A stretch of 20,000 bases of DNA from an uncultured virus (IMG/VR IMGVR_UViG_3300043410_000597) (taxonomy: Duplodnaviria; Heunggongvirae; Uroviricota; Caudoviricetes; Crassvirales). Where the stretch lies: the IMG/VR virus record IMGVR_UViG_3300043410_000597; one strand, written 5' to 3'. Below, in pieces: positions 8,076-16,620 of this stretch. The translations under genes were made by a program, and so were the position numbers. Within the stretch, counting starts at the first letter, position 1, and every line of letters starts with the position of its first letter. Below the pieces are notes generated by a model. The model ran no database searches. It was not told where the DNA came from and saw nothing but the letters and a program-made list of their open reading frames with translations.

Positions 8076-10079
8076 TCTATTAATTACATCATCAGCAGTT
8101 ATACTCCTCTGGCATTCAAATTGTCGAGGAGTATTTTTGTATATGGGGCAAAATTCCCATGTCTTATCGAATTTAAAGTTCTGATTATTCCAGCATCCAT
8201 TACAAACATTCTTATTTGTGATGCGTATGCACTCAAACTCGTGGTCCTCTTCAGCAAAGTTATTTATCATAACTACTTGCTTGCCTAAAGCCCAAGCAAG
8301 CCAGCTCACACCACTTCCAAGTCCAATAAAGAAATCACTGTGGTCAATTAACGCCATTGTGCGATAGATATCAGTATTTATAATCTGCTCACAGTTGTCG
8401 AACGGATTCTCTTCAAGCGATACGTTAATTACTTTGTAACCTTTCTCGTGTAAATAGTTTATCACTCCTTGCCATCCCTCCTTTGTCCAAAACTTACAGC
8501 CTGATGTGGAGTTGGTAGCAATTGTTACATACTTCTGTGTAGGTAAAGTAATCTCAGCCTCGTATCTTAACTTAGGTCGAATCTCCTCAAAGTCAAGTCC
8601 AAGTATCTTAGTTGCTGCCTCTTGTAACTTAATAGTATTAGGCAATACTGGCTCTTTATTTGAATCATAGAACCATCCAATGTTATACTGAGCGTAGATA
8701 TTAGGAACCACTGTTCCTGGTTCTACTAGCTCTATCTCAGGCATATCCAATATCTTATTTAAGAATGTAGATAGGATTACTTTACACTTGTGTTTCTTTT
8801 GGAATTCTAAAGCATATGGAGCCCAGGCAATTGTATCGCCTAATGAACTACTCGATATAGCGATGTACACACGCTTACCTTCTAGGTCAAGTACGTTATC
8901 GTGAATTAGTTCACCATTCATGTAGACTTTGCTGTGCCACTTAGTATAGTATTGTCTATTTAGTTTGACCCAACAGTTTGATTCGATAGTATTCTCGTAT
9001 ACTAGCTTGTCGCCATCAAAGTATTGCACCTTAAAGTCGGCTTTTAGTCCTGACTTAATTTCTAGGTACGGTTGACCAACAAAGTGTTGGATGATGGTTA
9101 CATCTTGCTCTTGTTTTTCTAGGGTCATTACTTTGTTGTAGAATGCGATTTGCTTCTCGGTAAATATCTCTGTGGTATTATCTGTAGGTACATTGTAATT
9201 ACATCGAATGGATCTAAGATTCGTTCCGATAGGCTGAATGTACTTATCAAACATTGAGCCATATTGTGGCAAGTTGTGAGCTATAATTGGCTTGCCAAAA
9301 GATATCGCTTCACGTAATACTAGTGGATTACATTCCCACGTAGAATTGAACATAAAGATATCTGCCATCTTAATGAACCTATGTGCATCATTTCTCTCCA
9401 ACCACACGTGAACATTAGATGGCAAATCCTTCATTAATGGCTCCCAATAATGCTTGAAATTTACAGCTTGGTTTCCGACAAAATGAAAGTCCATCTCAGG
9501 ATACTTTCTAGCTATCTCAATCCCCTCAGCTTGATTCTTACCAGGAGTCCAAAGACCTACGTTTACTACGTTTATTTTATTTTTATAAAAAGGATTCTCA
9601 TATGTCTCACTAGTTCTGTCATCAATAGGGAACTCAATCACTTCTTTGTAAGATGGTGATGAAGCGAATGTCTCTAAGTGATATGGCGTGCAGAAGTAAT
9701 ACGCATCAGGATGAAATATCTTTTCTTTGTCGTGATTAAACGATACATCGTGGCACGTCTCCACAATTCGGTAGTTTCGGTCTTCTCGATACAACTCAGA
9801 AATCATATCACGATTAAAGCGTTCAGCTGGCTCGTGAATGTGAACAATGTCAGGATTGAATTTTGCGATGATGTTGAACAACCCCATCTTGTCCTCGTGT
9901 AAGGTATGAAAAGGAACAAGACTTTTAATGGCATTACGTTGCACGACATAGTCTAAACTATGGCATTGATACTCTACTACCTCAATCTCAAATGTCTTGT
10001 AAAGAGTTTGAACACTCTTTAAAACAAAACCGGGCATTCCCCCGGTCGAACAATGGCTTAGTAGTAATAGTAATTTCAT
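8049..10079 (-). CDS. Two-domain glycosyltransferase: N-terminal GT4 (GT-B) fused to an Aah/TibC (BAHT)-family protein O-heptosyltransferase-like domain
   Basis: GT4 part: HCSTGGMP, VGLWTPGKNQ, and an E-x7-E motif in DIFMFNSTWECNPLVLREAISFGKPII. BAHT-like part: SLGDTIAWAPYALEFQKKHKCKV, STSGCKFW, FFIGLGSGVSWLAWALGK and Cys cluster CNGCWN...CP...FEC. Start moved to ATG 10079, which forms an ATGA overlap with the upstream HNH stop. Confidence 0.85.
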   Translation of the reverse strand: MKLLLLLSHCSTGGMPGFVLKSVQTLYKTFEIEVVEYQCHSLDYVVQRNAIKSLVPFHTLHEDKMGLFNIIAKFNPDIVHIHEPAERFNRDMISELYREDRNYRIVETCHDVSFNHDKEKIFHPDAYYFCTPYHLETFASSPSYKEVIEFPIDDRTSETYENPFYKNKINVVNVGLWTPGKNQAEGIEIARKYPEMDFHFVGNQAVNFKHYWEPLMKDLPSNVHVWLERNDAHRFIKMADIFMFNSTWECNPLVLREAISFGKPIIAHNLPQYGSMFDKYIQPIGTNLRSIRCNYNVPTDNTTEIFTEKQIAFYNKVMTLEKQEQDVTIIQHFVGQPYLEIKSGLKADFKVQYFDGDKLVYENTIESNCWVKLNRQYYTKWHSKVYMNGELIHDNVLDLEGKRVYIAISSSSLGDTIAWAPYALEFQKKHKCKVILSTFLNKILDMPEIELVEPGTVVPNIYAQYNIGWFYDSNKEPVLPNTIKLQEAATKILGLDFEEIRPKLRYEAEITLPTQKYVTIATNSTSGCKFWTKEGWQGVINYLHEKGYKVINVSLEENPFDNCEQIINTDIYRTMALIDHSDFFIGLGSGVSWLAWALGKQVVMINNFAEEDHEFECIRITNKNVCNGCWNNQNFKFDKTWEFCPIYKNTPRQFECQRSITADDVINRLVLLKNFQ

Positions 10080-10558
10080 TTTTTTATTTTCCATATAAAT
10101 CCACCTGCGTGAGACATGAGGTTTTGTGTATTAAGAGAAATACTTTTTCTGTCTACTTTAGTTGCTTTGTATGCATCTAATATTGACCTGTATTCGGCAA
10201 CAAATTCACCTTCTTTTGTATATTGTATTACAGGTGTTTTTCTATTATTTATAAGACCAGTTCTGTGTGCGTGATATTTATTCTCACTATCTGTAACCCA
10301 CTCTAAATTTTCAATATTATTATTTAAAGGATTGCCATCAATATGATTTATTTGCGGCTTATTATGTGGGTTAGGAATAAATGCCTTAGCAATTAACCTA
10401 TGCACAAATTGATGTTTCTTTTTATTATTTTTCCACAACTCAACCATAAGTCTACCCTGATTAACAGTTTGTTTTATTTTATGGCACGTAGAAGTATTTC
10501 TTATGACTCCTTGATGATTAATCATGTAATTTGGAAACTCCTCTATTAATTTTTCCAT
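10076..10558 (-). CDS. HNH homing endonuclease with a NUMOD1-like C-terminal HTH
   Basis: HNH core VHRLIAKAFIPNP.NKPQINHIDGNPLNNNIENLEWVTDSENKYH; C-terminal PVIQYTKEGEFVAEYRSILDA...AGGFIWK. Confidence 0.9.
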   Translation of the reverse strand: MEKLIEEFPNYMINHQGVIRNTSTCHKIKQTVNQGRLMVELWKNNKKKHQFVHRLIAKAFIPNPHNKPQINHIDGNPLNNNIENLEWVTDSENKYHAHRTGLINNRKTPVIQYTKEGEFVAEYRSILDAYKATKVDRKSISLNTQNLMSHAGGFIWKIKK

Positions 10559-10589
10559 TTTAATATTATTATTGTGTATAATGATAATC

Positions 10590-10597
10590 CAAAATTA
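10590..10597 (-). promoter_or_regulatory. -7 promoter element TAATTTTG driving the inverted HNH-glycosyltransferase unit
   Basis: CAAAATTA on the + strand equals TAnnTTTG on the - strand, about 31 nt upstream of ATG 10558. Confidence 0.6.
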
Positions 10598-10629
10598 CGT
10601 AATATTACGCCATAATAAAATATAATTAG

Positions 10630-10649
10630 TACTTTTACAAAAAAATATA
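10630..10649 (+). promoter_or_regulatory. Promoter/leader-like motif TACTTTTACAAAAAAATATA upstream of the head-packaging operon
   Basis: TAnnTTTA variant, divergent from the - strand promoter. Second copy of the motif at 7782. Confidence 0.5.
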
Positions 10650-10654
10650 ATACA

Positions 10655-10909
10655 ATGGATAAATTAACACAAGACGAGTTGGATCGTTTCAGAGCCGCTC
10701 ATACAGAAATCAGAAATCTTCGCAACGCTTTAGCAGATGCCGAGATTACAATTCACAATTCCAACGTAGAGAAACAATCTATTTTAGCTCAGTTAGATAC
10801 AGCTGGTACAACACACGTTGCCATTCAGCAAGAACTACACGCTAAGTACGGAGATATCACGATTGACTTTGCGACAGGAGAAATCAAGAACAAAGATGGT
10901 AATTCGTAA
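10655..10909 (+). CDS. Small coiled-coil hypothetical phage protein
   Basis: 84 aa, heptad-like, ending KYGDITIDFATGEI. A-rich leader. Confidence 0.75.
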   Translation: MDKLTQDELDRFRAAHTEIRNLRNALADAEITIHNSNVEKQSILAQLDTAGTTHVAIQQELHAKYGDITIDFATGEIKNKDGNS

Positions 10910-11114
10910 AATATCAGTTGGTGCAGACTACAAGAATGCAATGAACTATATGCATAATCAAGTAGTCTTACAAGGTAACTATAGAATACATTTGATTCGT
11001 CAGACCGAAGCAGGAGATATTGAAATCTACATTGAGGCTCACGATGAAGTGGTTTTATGGAAAAAGATTAATGGCAATATGCCATTCTTAATTGAATATA
11101 ATATAGATTTCTAA
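10896..11114 (+). CDS. Small hypothetical phage protein (72 aa)
   Basis: More plausible start at ATG 10896 (MVIRKISVGADYKNAMNY...), overlapping the previous gene by 14 nt. The stop is 1 nt before the next ATG. Confidence 0.7.
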   Translation: MVIRKISVGADYKNAMNYMHNQVVLQGNYRIHLIRQTEAGDIEIYIEAHDEVVLWKKINGNMPFLIEYNIDF

Positions 11115-11115
11115 T

Positions 11116-11679
11116 ATGAAGTCCCCATTTTACTTTATAGTGCAACCCCGTGATGGCAAGAGATATGACAACACGAGGGGAGAGCTCATTATTTCTACAT
11201 CGAAAGAAGACCACCTTGCTACTATGCGTGAGGCTGTTGTTATCTCTACGCCTATTGGATACGAGGGTCCTATTGAACCAGGTGATACAGTCATTGTGCA
11301 TCACAATACCTTTAGGTTGTATTACGATATGCGTGGTAGAGAGAAATCTGCTTGGAATTATTTCCGAGAGGACTTGTACTTTATTGATGATCCATATGCA
11401 TACAAGAAGCCGGGTGCTGATTGGATTGGTATTGGTCGCTATGTTTTCATATCTCCGGTAGAAAATTATAGTACAGGCATACTTACTGCGGACGCAGAGA
11501 AGCCTCTTGTAGGCACGATAAAGTATCCAAACGAAGAAGTACTAGCACTAGGATTAAAAGAGGGTGACACGGTCACGTTTGAGCCTGAGAGCGAGTATCC
11601 ATTCTATATTGATGGTGAGAAAGTGTACCGTATGTATACTAAGAATCTAACAATTAAATTAGATGAACAAAATAACTGA
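11116..11679 (+). CDS. GroES/Cpn10-like protein, apparently two tandem GroES-like domains
   Basis: Two similar beta-rich halves: FIVQP...GELII...AVVISTP...IEPGDTVIVH and VFISP...TGIL...GTIKY...LKEGDTVTF. Confidence 0.6.
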   Translation: MKSPFYFIVQPRDGKRYDNTRGELIISTSKEDHLATMREAVVISTPIGYEGPIEPGDTVIVHHNTFRLYYDMRGREKSAWNYFREDLYFIDDPYAYKKPGADWIGIGRYVFISPVENYSTGILTADAEKPLVGTIKYPNEEVLALGLKEGDTVTFEPESEYPFYIDGEKVYRMYTKNLTIKLDEQNN

Positions 11680-11944
11680 GTTAAAGAAACGCATCATTGA
11701 CTCTGGATATAAAGCCGTTGAAGAGTTAATCAAAGTTGCTGAGGAGAAGATTGTTACCCACATGGATGATGACTTGTCTGCAGACAAATTAAAGAACGCA
11801 GCCGCAGCAAAGAAGTTAGCCATTATGGATGCTTTTGAGATTCTTAAAAGAGTCGAGGAGGAGAATAATATTATTGAGGGAGTAGTTGGAAACTCTGCAC
11901 CTACCAACCGTGGGTTTGCAGAACAAAGAGCAAAGACTAAATGA
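11663..11944 (+). CDS. Helical hypothetical protein; candidate terminase small subunit
   Basis: 93 aa, directly upstream of the large terminase with an ATGA overlap. Function inferred from position. Confidence 0.5.
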   Translation: MNKITELKKRIIDSGYKAVEELIKVAEEKIVTHMDDDLSADKLKNAAAAKKLAIMDAFEILKRVEEENNIIEGVVGNSAPTNRGFAEQRAKTK

Positions 11945-14154
11945 GTTTATTCTATATTGATGAGTCTAATGTTCCTGAGAAGATTCTTGCAAAGAGAAAT
12001 GCAAAGAAGGATTGGGAGTATGGTTGGGACCCTGAGTACGACTTTGTGGTCGTGTCAAAAGATGGCACGATTGGAGAGGTGTACAATATCAGTGGTCTAA
12101 GGGTTGCTCTACCACTAGCTCCTGAGAAAGTTGAATATGATGGCAACAAGTGGAAAGCGACCGAGCTTCCTAAAGAACTATCTCGCATTAAGACTATCTT
12201 TGATTGGAACCGTCGTGACAACTCATTTAAGTCTCAATGGGTAGACTACATCGAGAAGGAGTTTGATAGACGTGAATTAGGTTATTGGTTTATAAACAAT
12301 TCCGAGAAGACTTATATCACAGGTGCACATTATATGTATCTGCAATGGTCAAAGACTGACGTAGGTCATCCTGACTTCCGTGAATCAAATAGAATATTCT
12401 TTTTATTTTGGGAAGCGTGTAAGGCTGACAGCAGATGCTTTGGTATGTGCTATCTTAAGAACCGTCGTTCAGGTTTCTCTTTTATGGCCTCCTCGGAAGC
12501 CGTAAACATTGCAACCTTAGCCAAGGATGCTCGTATAGGTTTAACATCTAAGACAGGTCCCGATGCTAAGAAGATGTTTACAGACAAAGTTGTTCCAATT
12601 GCGAACAACTACCCGTTCTTTTTTCAACCAGTGCGTGATGGTATGACAACTCCAAAGACGGAGCTTGCCTTCCGTGTGCCAGCTTCTAAGATTACTCGTA
12701 AGAATATGCACGAGGAAAACGAGGAAGAGATTGATGGATTGGATACAACTATTGACTGGCGTAACACAGCAGACAACTCCTATGATGGAGAAAAATTATT
12801 ATATTTGGTTGAGGATGAGGCTGCTAAGTTAGAGCGTCCTATGAACATAGAGAACGGTTGGCGTGTCAGAAAAACTTGTCTTCGTCTAGGTGCTAGGATC
12901 ATCGGTAAGTGTATGATGGGATCAACATCTAATGCACTAGATAAAGGTGGAGAAAACTATAAACGTATTTACTATGACTCGAACGTCAAGAAAAGAAACC
13001 AGAATGGTCAGACTATATCGGGTCTATATTCGCTCTTTATTCCAATGGAGTATAACTTTGAGGGATATATTGACGAGTACGGTCACGCAGTCCTAGAGAC
13101 ACCAGAGAAACCTGTGCGTTCAGCAGAGGGTACTTGGATAACACAAGGCGTAATTGAGTATTGGAACAATGAGGTGGCATCGCTAAAAGCTAACCCTGAT
13201 GCACTAAACGAATTCTATCGTCAGTTCCCTAGAACAGAATCACACGCTTTCCGTGATGAGACTAAGTCATCTCTATTTAACTTGACTAAAATCTATCAGC
13301 AGATAGATTATAATGATAGCTTAATCCAAGACCACGTTCTAACACGTGGCTACTTTCATTGGGCTAATGGAGAAAAAGATACTAGAGTTGTTTGGACACC
13401 TGACAAGAATGGTCGGTTCCTAGTATCTTGGATACCGGGACCAGGCATCAATAATAATTATATTACTAAGAATGGGAATAGATATCCAGGTAATGAGCAT
13501 ATTGGTGCGTTTGGCTGTGACCCCTATGACATCTCAGGTGCTACCTTTGGTGGATCAAATGGCTCACTGCACGGATTAACCAAGTTTAATATGACAGGTG
13601 CACCATCCAATCAATTCTTTTTAGAATACATTGCTCGTCCACAGACAGCAGAGATATTCTTTGAAGAGGTACTGATGGCTTGCGTGTTCTATGGTATGCC
13701 TATTCTTTGTGAGAATAACAAAGCACGTTTGCTTTACCACTTTAAGAATAGAGGCTATCGTGGGTTCTCAATGAACCGTCCTGATAAGCACGCACATAAA
13801 TTGTCGTTCACAGAAAGAGAGATTGGTGGTATACCGTCATCAAGTGAAGATATTAAGCAAGCACACGCCACGGCAATCGAGACATACATTGAGCGTTTTG
13901 TGGGATTAGACATGGAGGGTAACTACCGTCAGCCTGATGAAATAGGCGATATGCCGTTCAATAAGACACTTCAAGACTGGGCTAGATTCGACGTAAACGA
14001 CAGAACTAAATTTGATGCGTCAATTAGTTCGGGATATGCTATTATGGCAAATCAAAAGCACGTATATTTGCCTGAGAAAAAAGAGTCAAAAATAAGCATT
14101 AAATTTGCAACTTACGATAACACTGGTTCCTTCAGTAGAATTAACAAGATATGA
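11941..14154 (+). CDS. terL: Terminase large subunit
   Basis: Walker A-like KNRRSGFS, Walker B LLYLVEDE, motif III GSTSN, RNase H-like nuclease FGCDPYD, LCENN and KFDASISSG. Directly precedes the portal gene. Confidence 0.9.
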   Translation: MSLFYIDESNVPEKILAKRNAKKDWEYGWDPEYDFVVVSKDGTIGEVYNISGLRVALPLAPEKVEYDGNKWKATELPKELSRIKTIFDWNRRDNSFKSQWVDYIEKEFDRRELGYWFINNSEKTYITGAHYMYLQWSKTDVGHPDFRESNRIFFLFWEACKADSRCFGMCYLKNRRSGFSFMASSEAVNIATLAKDARIGLTSKTGPDAKKMFTDKVVPIANNYPFFFQPVRDGMTTPKTELAFRVPASKITRKNMHEENEEEIDGLDTTIDWRNTADNSYDGEKLLYLVEDEAAKLERPMNIENGWRVRKTCLRLGARIIGKCMMGSTSNALDKGGENYKRIYYDSNVKKRNQNGQTISGLYSLFIPMEYNFEGYIDEYGHAVLETPEKPVRSAEGTWITQGVIEYWNNEVASLKANPDALNEFYRQFPRTESHAFRDETKSSLFNLTKIYQQIDYNDSLIQDHVLTRGYFHWANGEKDTRVVWTPDKNGRFLVSWIPGPGINNNYITKNGNRYPGNEHIGAFGCDPYDISGATFGGSNGSLHGLTKFNMTGAPSNQFFLEYIARPQTAEIFFEEVLMACVFYGMPILCENNKARLLYHFKNRGYRGFSMNRPDKHAHKLSFTEREIGGIPSSSEDIKQAHATAIETYIERFVGLDMEGNYRQPDEIGDMPFNKTLQDWARFDVNDRTKFDASISSGYAIMANQKHVYLPEKKESKISIKFATYDNTGSFSRINKI

Positions 14155-16583
14155 ACAAACCAACTGGAATATTAATGCCAGATACCCAATTCCCTTCGCA
14201 GTTAGCAACTGATGCGGAGAAGGCATCTTGGGAGTATGGATTAAGAATTGGTCAAAGCATCTCATACGAATGGTTTGCTAAAACAGGCAATAGCTGCCGA
14301 TACTATTCACAATGGATTGATTTCCATAGAGTTAGACTTTATGCTCGTGGTGAGCAACCAGTAGCTAAATACAAAAGCCAATTAGAAGTTGATGGCGATA
14401 TGTCGCATATCAACCTAGACTGGACTCCTGTACCAATCATCCCTAAGTTTGTTGACATCGTTGTAAATGGTATGCACGACCGCTTATTTGAGGTTAAAGC
14501 ATATGCACAAGATGCAATGTCATCTAACAAACGCTCTAAGTTTCAAGAGATGGTTGAGGCAGATATGATTGCTAAAGACTTCTTAGTTCAGACTAAGCAA
14601 GAGTTTGGTATTGATGCATTCAATGTTCCTGAGCAAGACTTGCCAGAGAATGACCAAGAGTTATCGTTATATATGCAGCTTAATTATAAGCCTGCAATTG
14701 AGATTGCTGAGGAGGAGGCAATCAATACTATTTTAGATTTAAACCATTATCAAGACGTTCGTAAAAGGGTCGACTACGACATCACAACAATCGGTATCGG
14801 AGTAGTAAAACACTCATTTGTGCCGGGAACAGGAGTTCGTGTTGAGTATGTTGACCCCGCTAACATTGTTTATAGTTACACTGAATCTCCAACATTTGAC
14901 GATTGTTTCTATTGGGGAGAAGTAAAGCAAGTACCAATCACTGAACTAATTAAGATTAAGCCAGACATTACAAAAGAGGAGTTGGCTGAGATTCAACAAT
15001 TAGGAACAGCGTGGTACAATTATTATGGAATTATGCGTCCTTATCGTAGCGATATCTTCAATAGAGATGTAGTTACGTTATTATATTTTAATTATAAAAC
15101 TGACAAGACGTTTGTTTACAAGAAGAAATATCTTGAGAACAATGGCGTTCGTGTAATCCAAAAAGATGAAAATTTCAACCCTCCTGAAGGAACTGAAGAA
15201 AGATTCGAGAGAATTGAAAAGAGAATTGATGTATGGTACGAAGGTATTATGGTACCTGGATCTCCTTATTTACTTAAGTGGGAGCTTGCTCGCAATATGG
15301 TTCGCCCTAAGTCTGCTTCTCAATATGCGTTACCAAACTACATCGCTGTAGCACCAAGAATGTACAAAGGTATCATCGAGTCATTGACTCGTCGTATGAT
15401 TCCTTTTGCTGACTTAATTCAAATGACCCATCTTAAATTACAACAAGTTCTACAACGTGTTGTGCCGGATGGTGTGTTCATCGATGCTGATGGTATCAAT
15501 GAGGTTGACTTAGGAACTGGTGGTGCTTACAATCCTGAGGATGCTCTTCGTTTGTATTTCCAAACGGGTAGTGTTATTGGACGTAGTATGACTACTGATG
15601 GTGATTTAAACCATGGTCGTGTACCAATACAAGAGTTAAACACTAATAGTGGTCAAGGTAAGATTACTGCATTGATTAATGCATACAATCAATACCTAAG
15701 TATGATCCGTGATGTAACAGGATTGAATGAGGCTCGTGATGCCTCCACTCCTAGTCCGGATGCATTAGTTGGCGTTCAGAAACTTGCTGCATTAAATTCA
15801 AATACAGCAACTCGCCATATCTTAGAAGGAAGTTTATTTATCACTCGTAGATTATCTGAAGCGTTGTCGCTTCGTGTTGCCGATATCTTAGAATACTCTG
15901 ACTTTAAAGAAGAGTTTACTATGCAAATCGGTAAGTATGCTGTTGGTCTTTTAGAAGAAATTAAAGATTTATACTTACACGACTTCGGTATTTTCATCGA
16001 GGTTGCTCCTGACGAAGAAGAGAAGTCTCAATTAGAGGCTAACATTCAGATGGCACTACAGCGTGACCAAATCACTCTTGAGGATGCTATTGATATCCGT
16101 CAAATGAAGAACCTTAAGTTAGCTAATGAGTTGCTTAAGATGAAGCGTAAGGATAAGCAGAAGAAGGATATGGAGAATGAGCAAGCTAAGATTCAAATGC
16201 AGACTCAAGGTAATATCCAATCTTCTCAAGCAGCAGCTCAATCAGCATTACAAAAGGTTCAAGCAGAAGCTCAAGCTAAAGCACAACTTGCTGAAGCACA
16301 GATGCAATTTGATATTCAACGTATGCAAGCAGAAGCTCAGATTAAAGAGCAATTAATGCAACGTGAATTTGAATACAATATGCAATTAAAAGGTATGGAG
16401 ATTGATAAAATCAAAAACCTTGATATGGATAAAGAGAAAGCTAAAGACGATCGCACAAAACTTCAAGCTACTCAACAATCTAAGTTAATTGAACAACGTC
16501 AAAAAGACCTTCCAGCGATGAACTTCGAATCAGAAGAAGACTCACTAGATGGCTTTAATTTAGAACAATTCAACCCAAGATAA
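14151..16583 (+). CDS. Portal protein
   Basis: 810 aa directly after terL (ATGA overlap). IIPKFVDIVVNG, VEYVDPANIVY and IRDVTGLNEARD segments, and a long Gln/Ala-rich C-terminal coiled coil typical of podovirus-type portals. Confidence 0.85.
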   Translation: MNKPTGILMPDTQFPSQLATDAEKASWEYGLRIGQSISYEWFAKTGNSCRYYSQWIDFHRVRLYARGEQPVAKYKSQLEVDGDMSHINLDWTPVPIIPKFVDIVVNGMHDRLFEVKAYAQDAMSSNKRSKFQEMVEADMIAKDFLVQTKQEFGIDAFNVPEQDLPENDQELSLYMQLNYKPAIEIAEEEAINTILDLNHYQDVRKRVDYDITTIGIGVVKHSFVPGTGVRVEYVDPANIVYSYTESPTFDDCFYWGEVKQVPITELIKIKPDITKEELAEIQQLGTAWYNYYGIMRPYRSDIFNRDVVTLLYFNYKTDKTFVYKKKYLENNGVRVIQKDENFNPPEGTEERFERIEKRIDVWYEGIMVPGSPYLLKWELARNMVRPKSASQYALPNYIAVAPRMYKGIIESLTRRMIPFADLIQMTHLKLQQVLQRVVPDGVFIDADGINEVDLGTGGAYNPEDALRLYFQTGSVIGRSMTTDGDLNHGRVPIQELNTNSGQGKITALINAYNQYLSMIRDVTGLNEARDASTPSPDALVGVQKLAALNSNTATRHILEGSLFITRRLSEALSLRVADILEYSDFKEEFTMQIGKYAVGLLEEIKDLYLHDFGIFIEVAPDEEEKSQLEANIQMALQRDQITLEDAIDIRQMKNLKLANELLKMKRKDKQKKDMENEQAKIQMQTQGNIQSSQAAAQSALQKVQAEAQAKAQLAEAQMQFDIQRMQAEAQIKEQLMQREFEYNMQLKGMEIDKIKNLDMDKEKAKDDRTKLQATQQSKLIEQRQKDLPAMNFESEEDSLDGFNLEQFNPR

Positions 16584-16593
16584 TTTTTATTAT

Positions 16594-16601
16594 TACTTTT
16601 G
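16594..16601 (+). promoter_or_regulatory. -7 promoter element TACTTTTG upstream of the scaffold/capsid genes
   Basis: TAnnTTTG match ending 19 nt before ATG 16621. Confidence 0.65.
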
Positions 16602-16620
16602 TGCAACTAAATTAAATTAA

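Noticed and set aside
10080..10094. Listed glycosyltransferase start at 10094 (MENKK...)
   Set aside because: ATG 10079 gives an ATGA overlap with the HNH stop and begins with the typical GT4 first strand MKLLLL.
10818..10895. N-terminal extension of the 10818-11114 ORF
   Set aside because: It uses a TTG start deep inside the preceding gene. ATG 10896 is more plausible.
11941..14154. Intein or group I intron in the terminase
   Set aside because: The ORF is continuous, with ATPase and nuclease motifs at ordinary spacing. No intein splice motifs were seen, and both HNH genes are intergenic.
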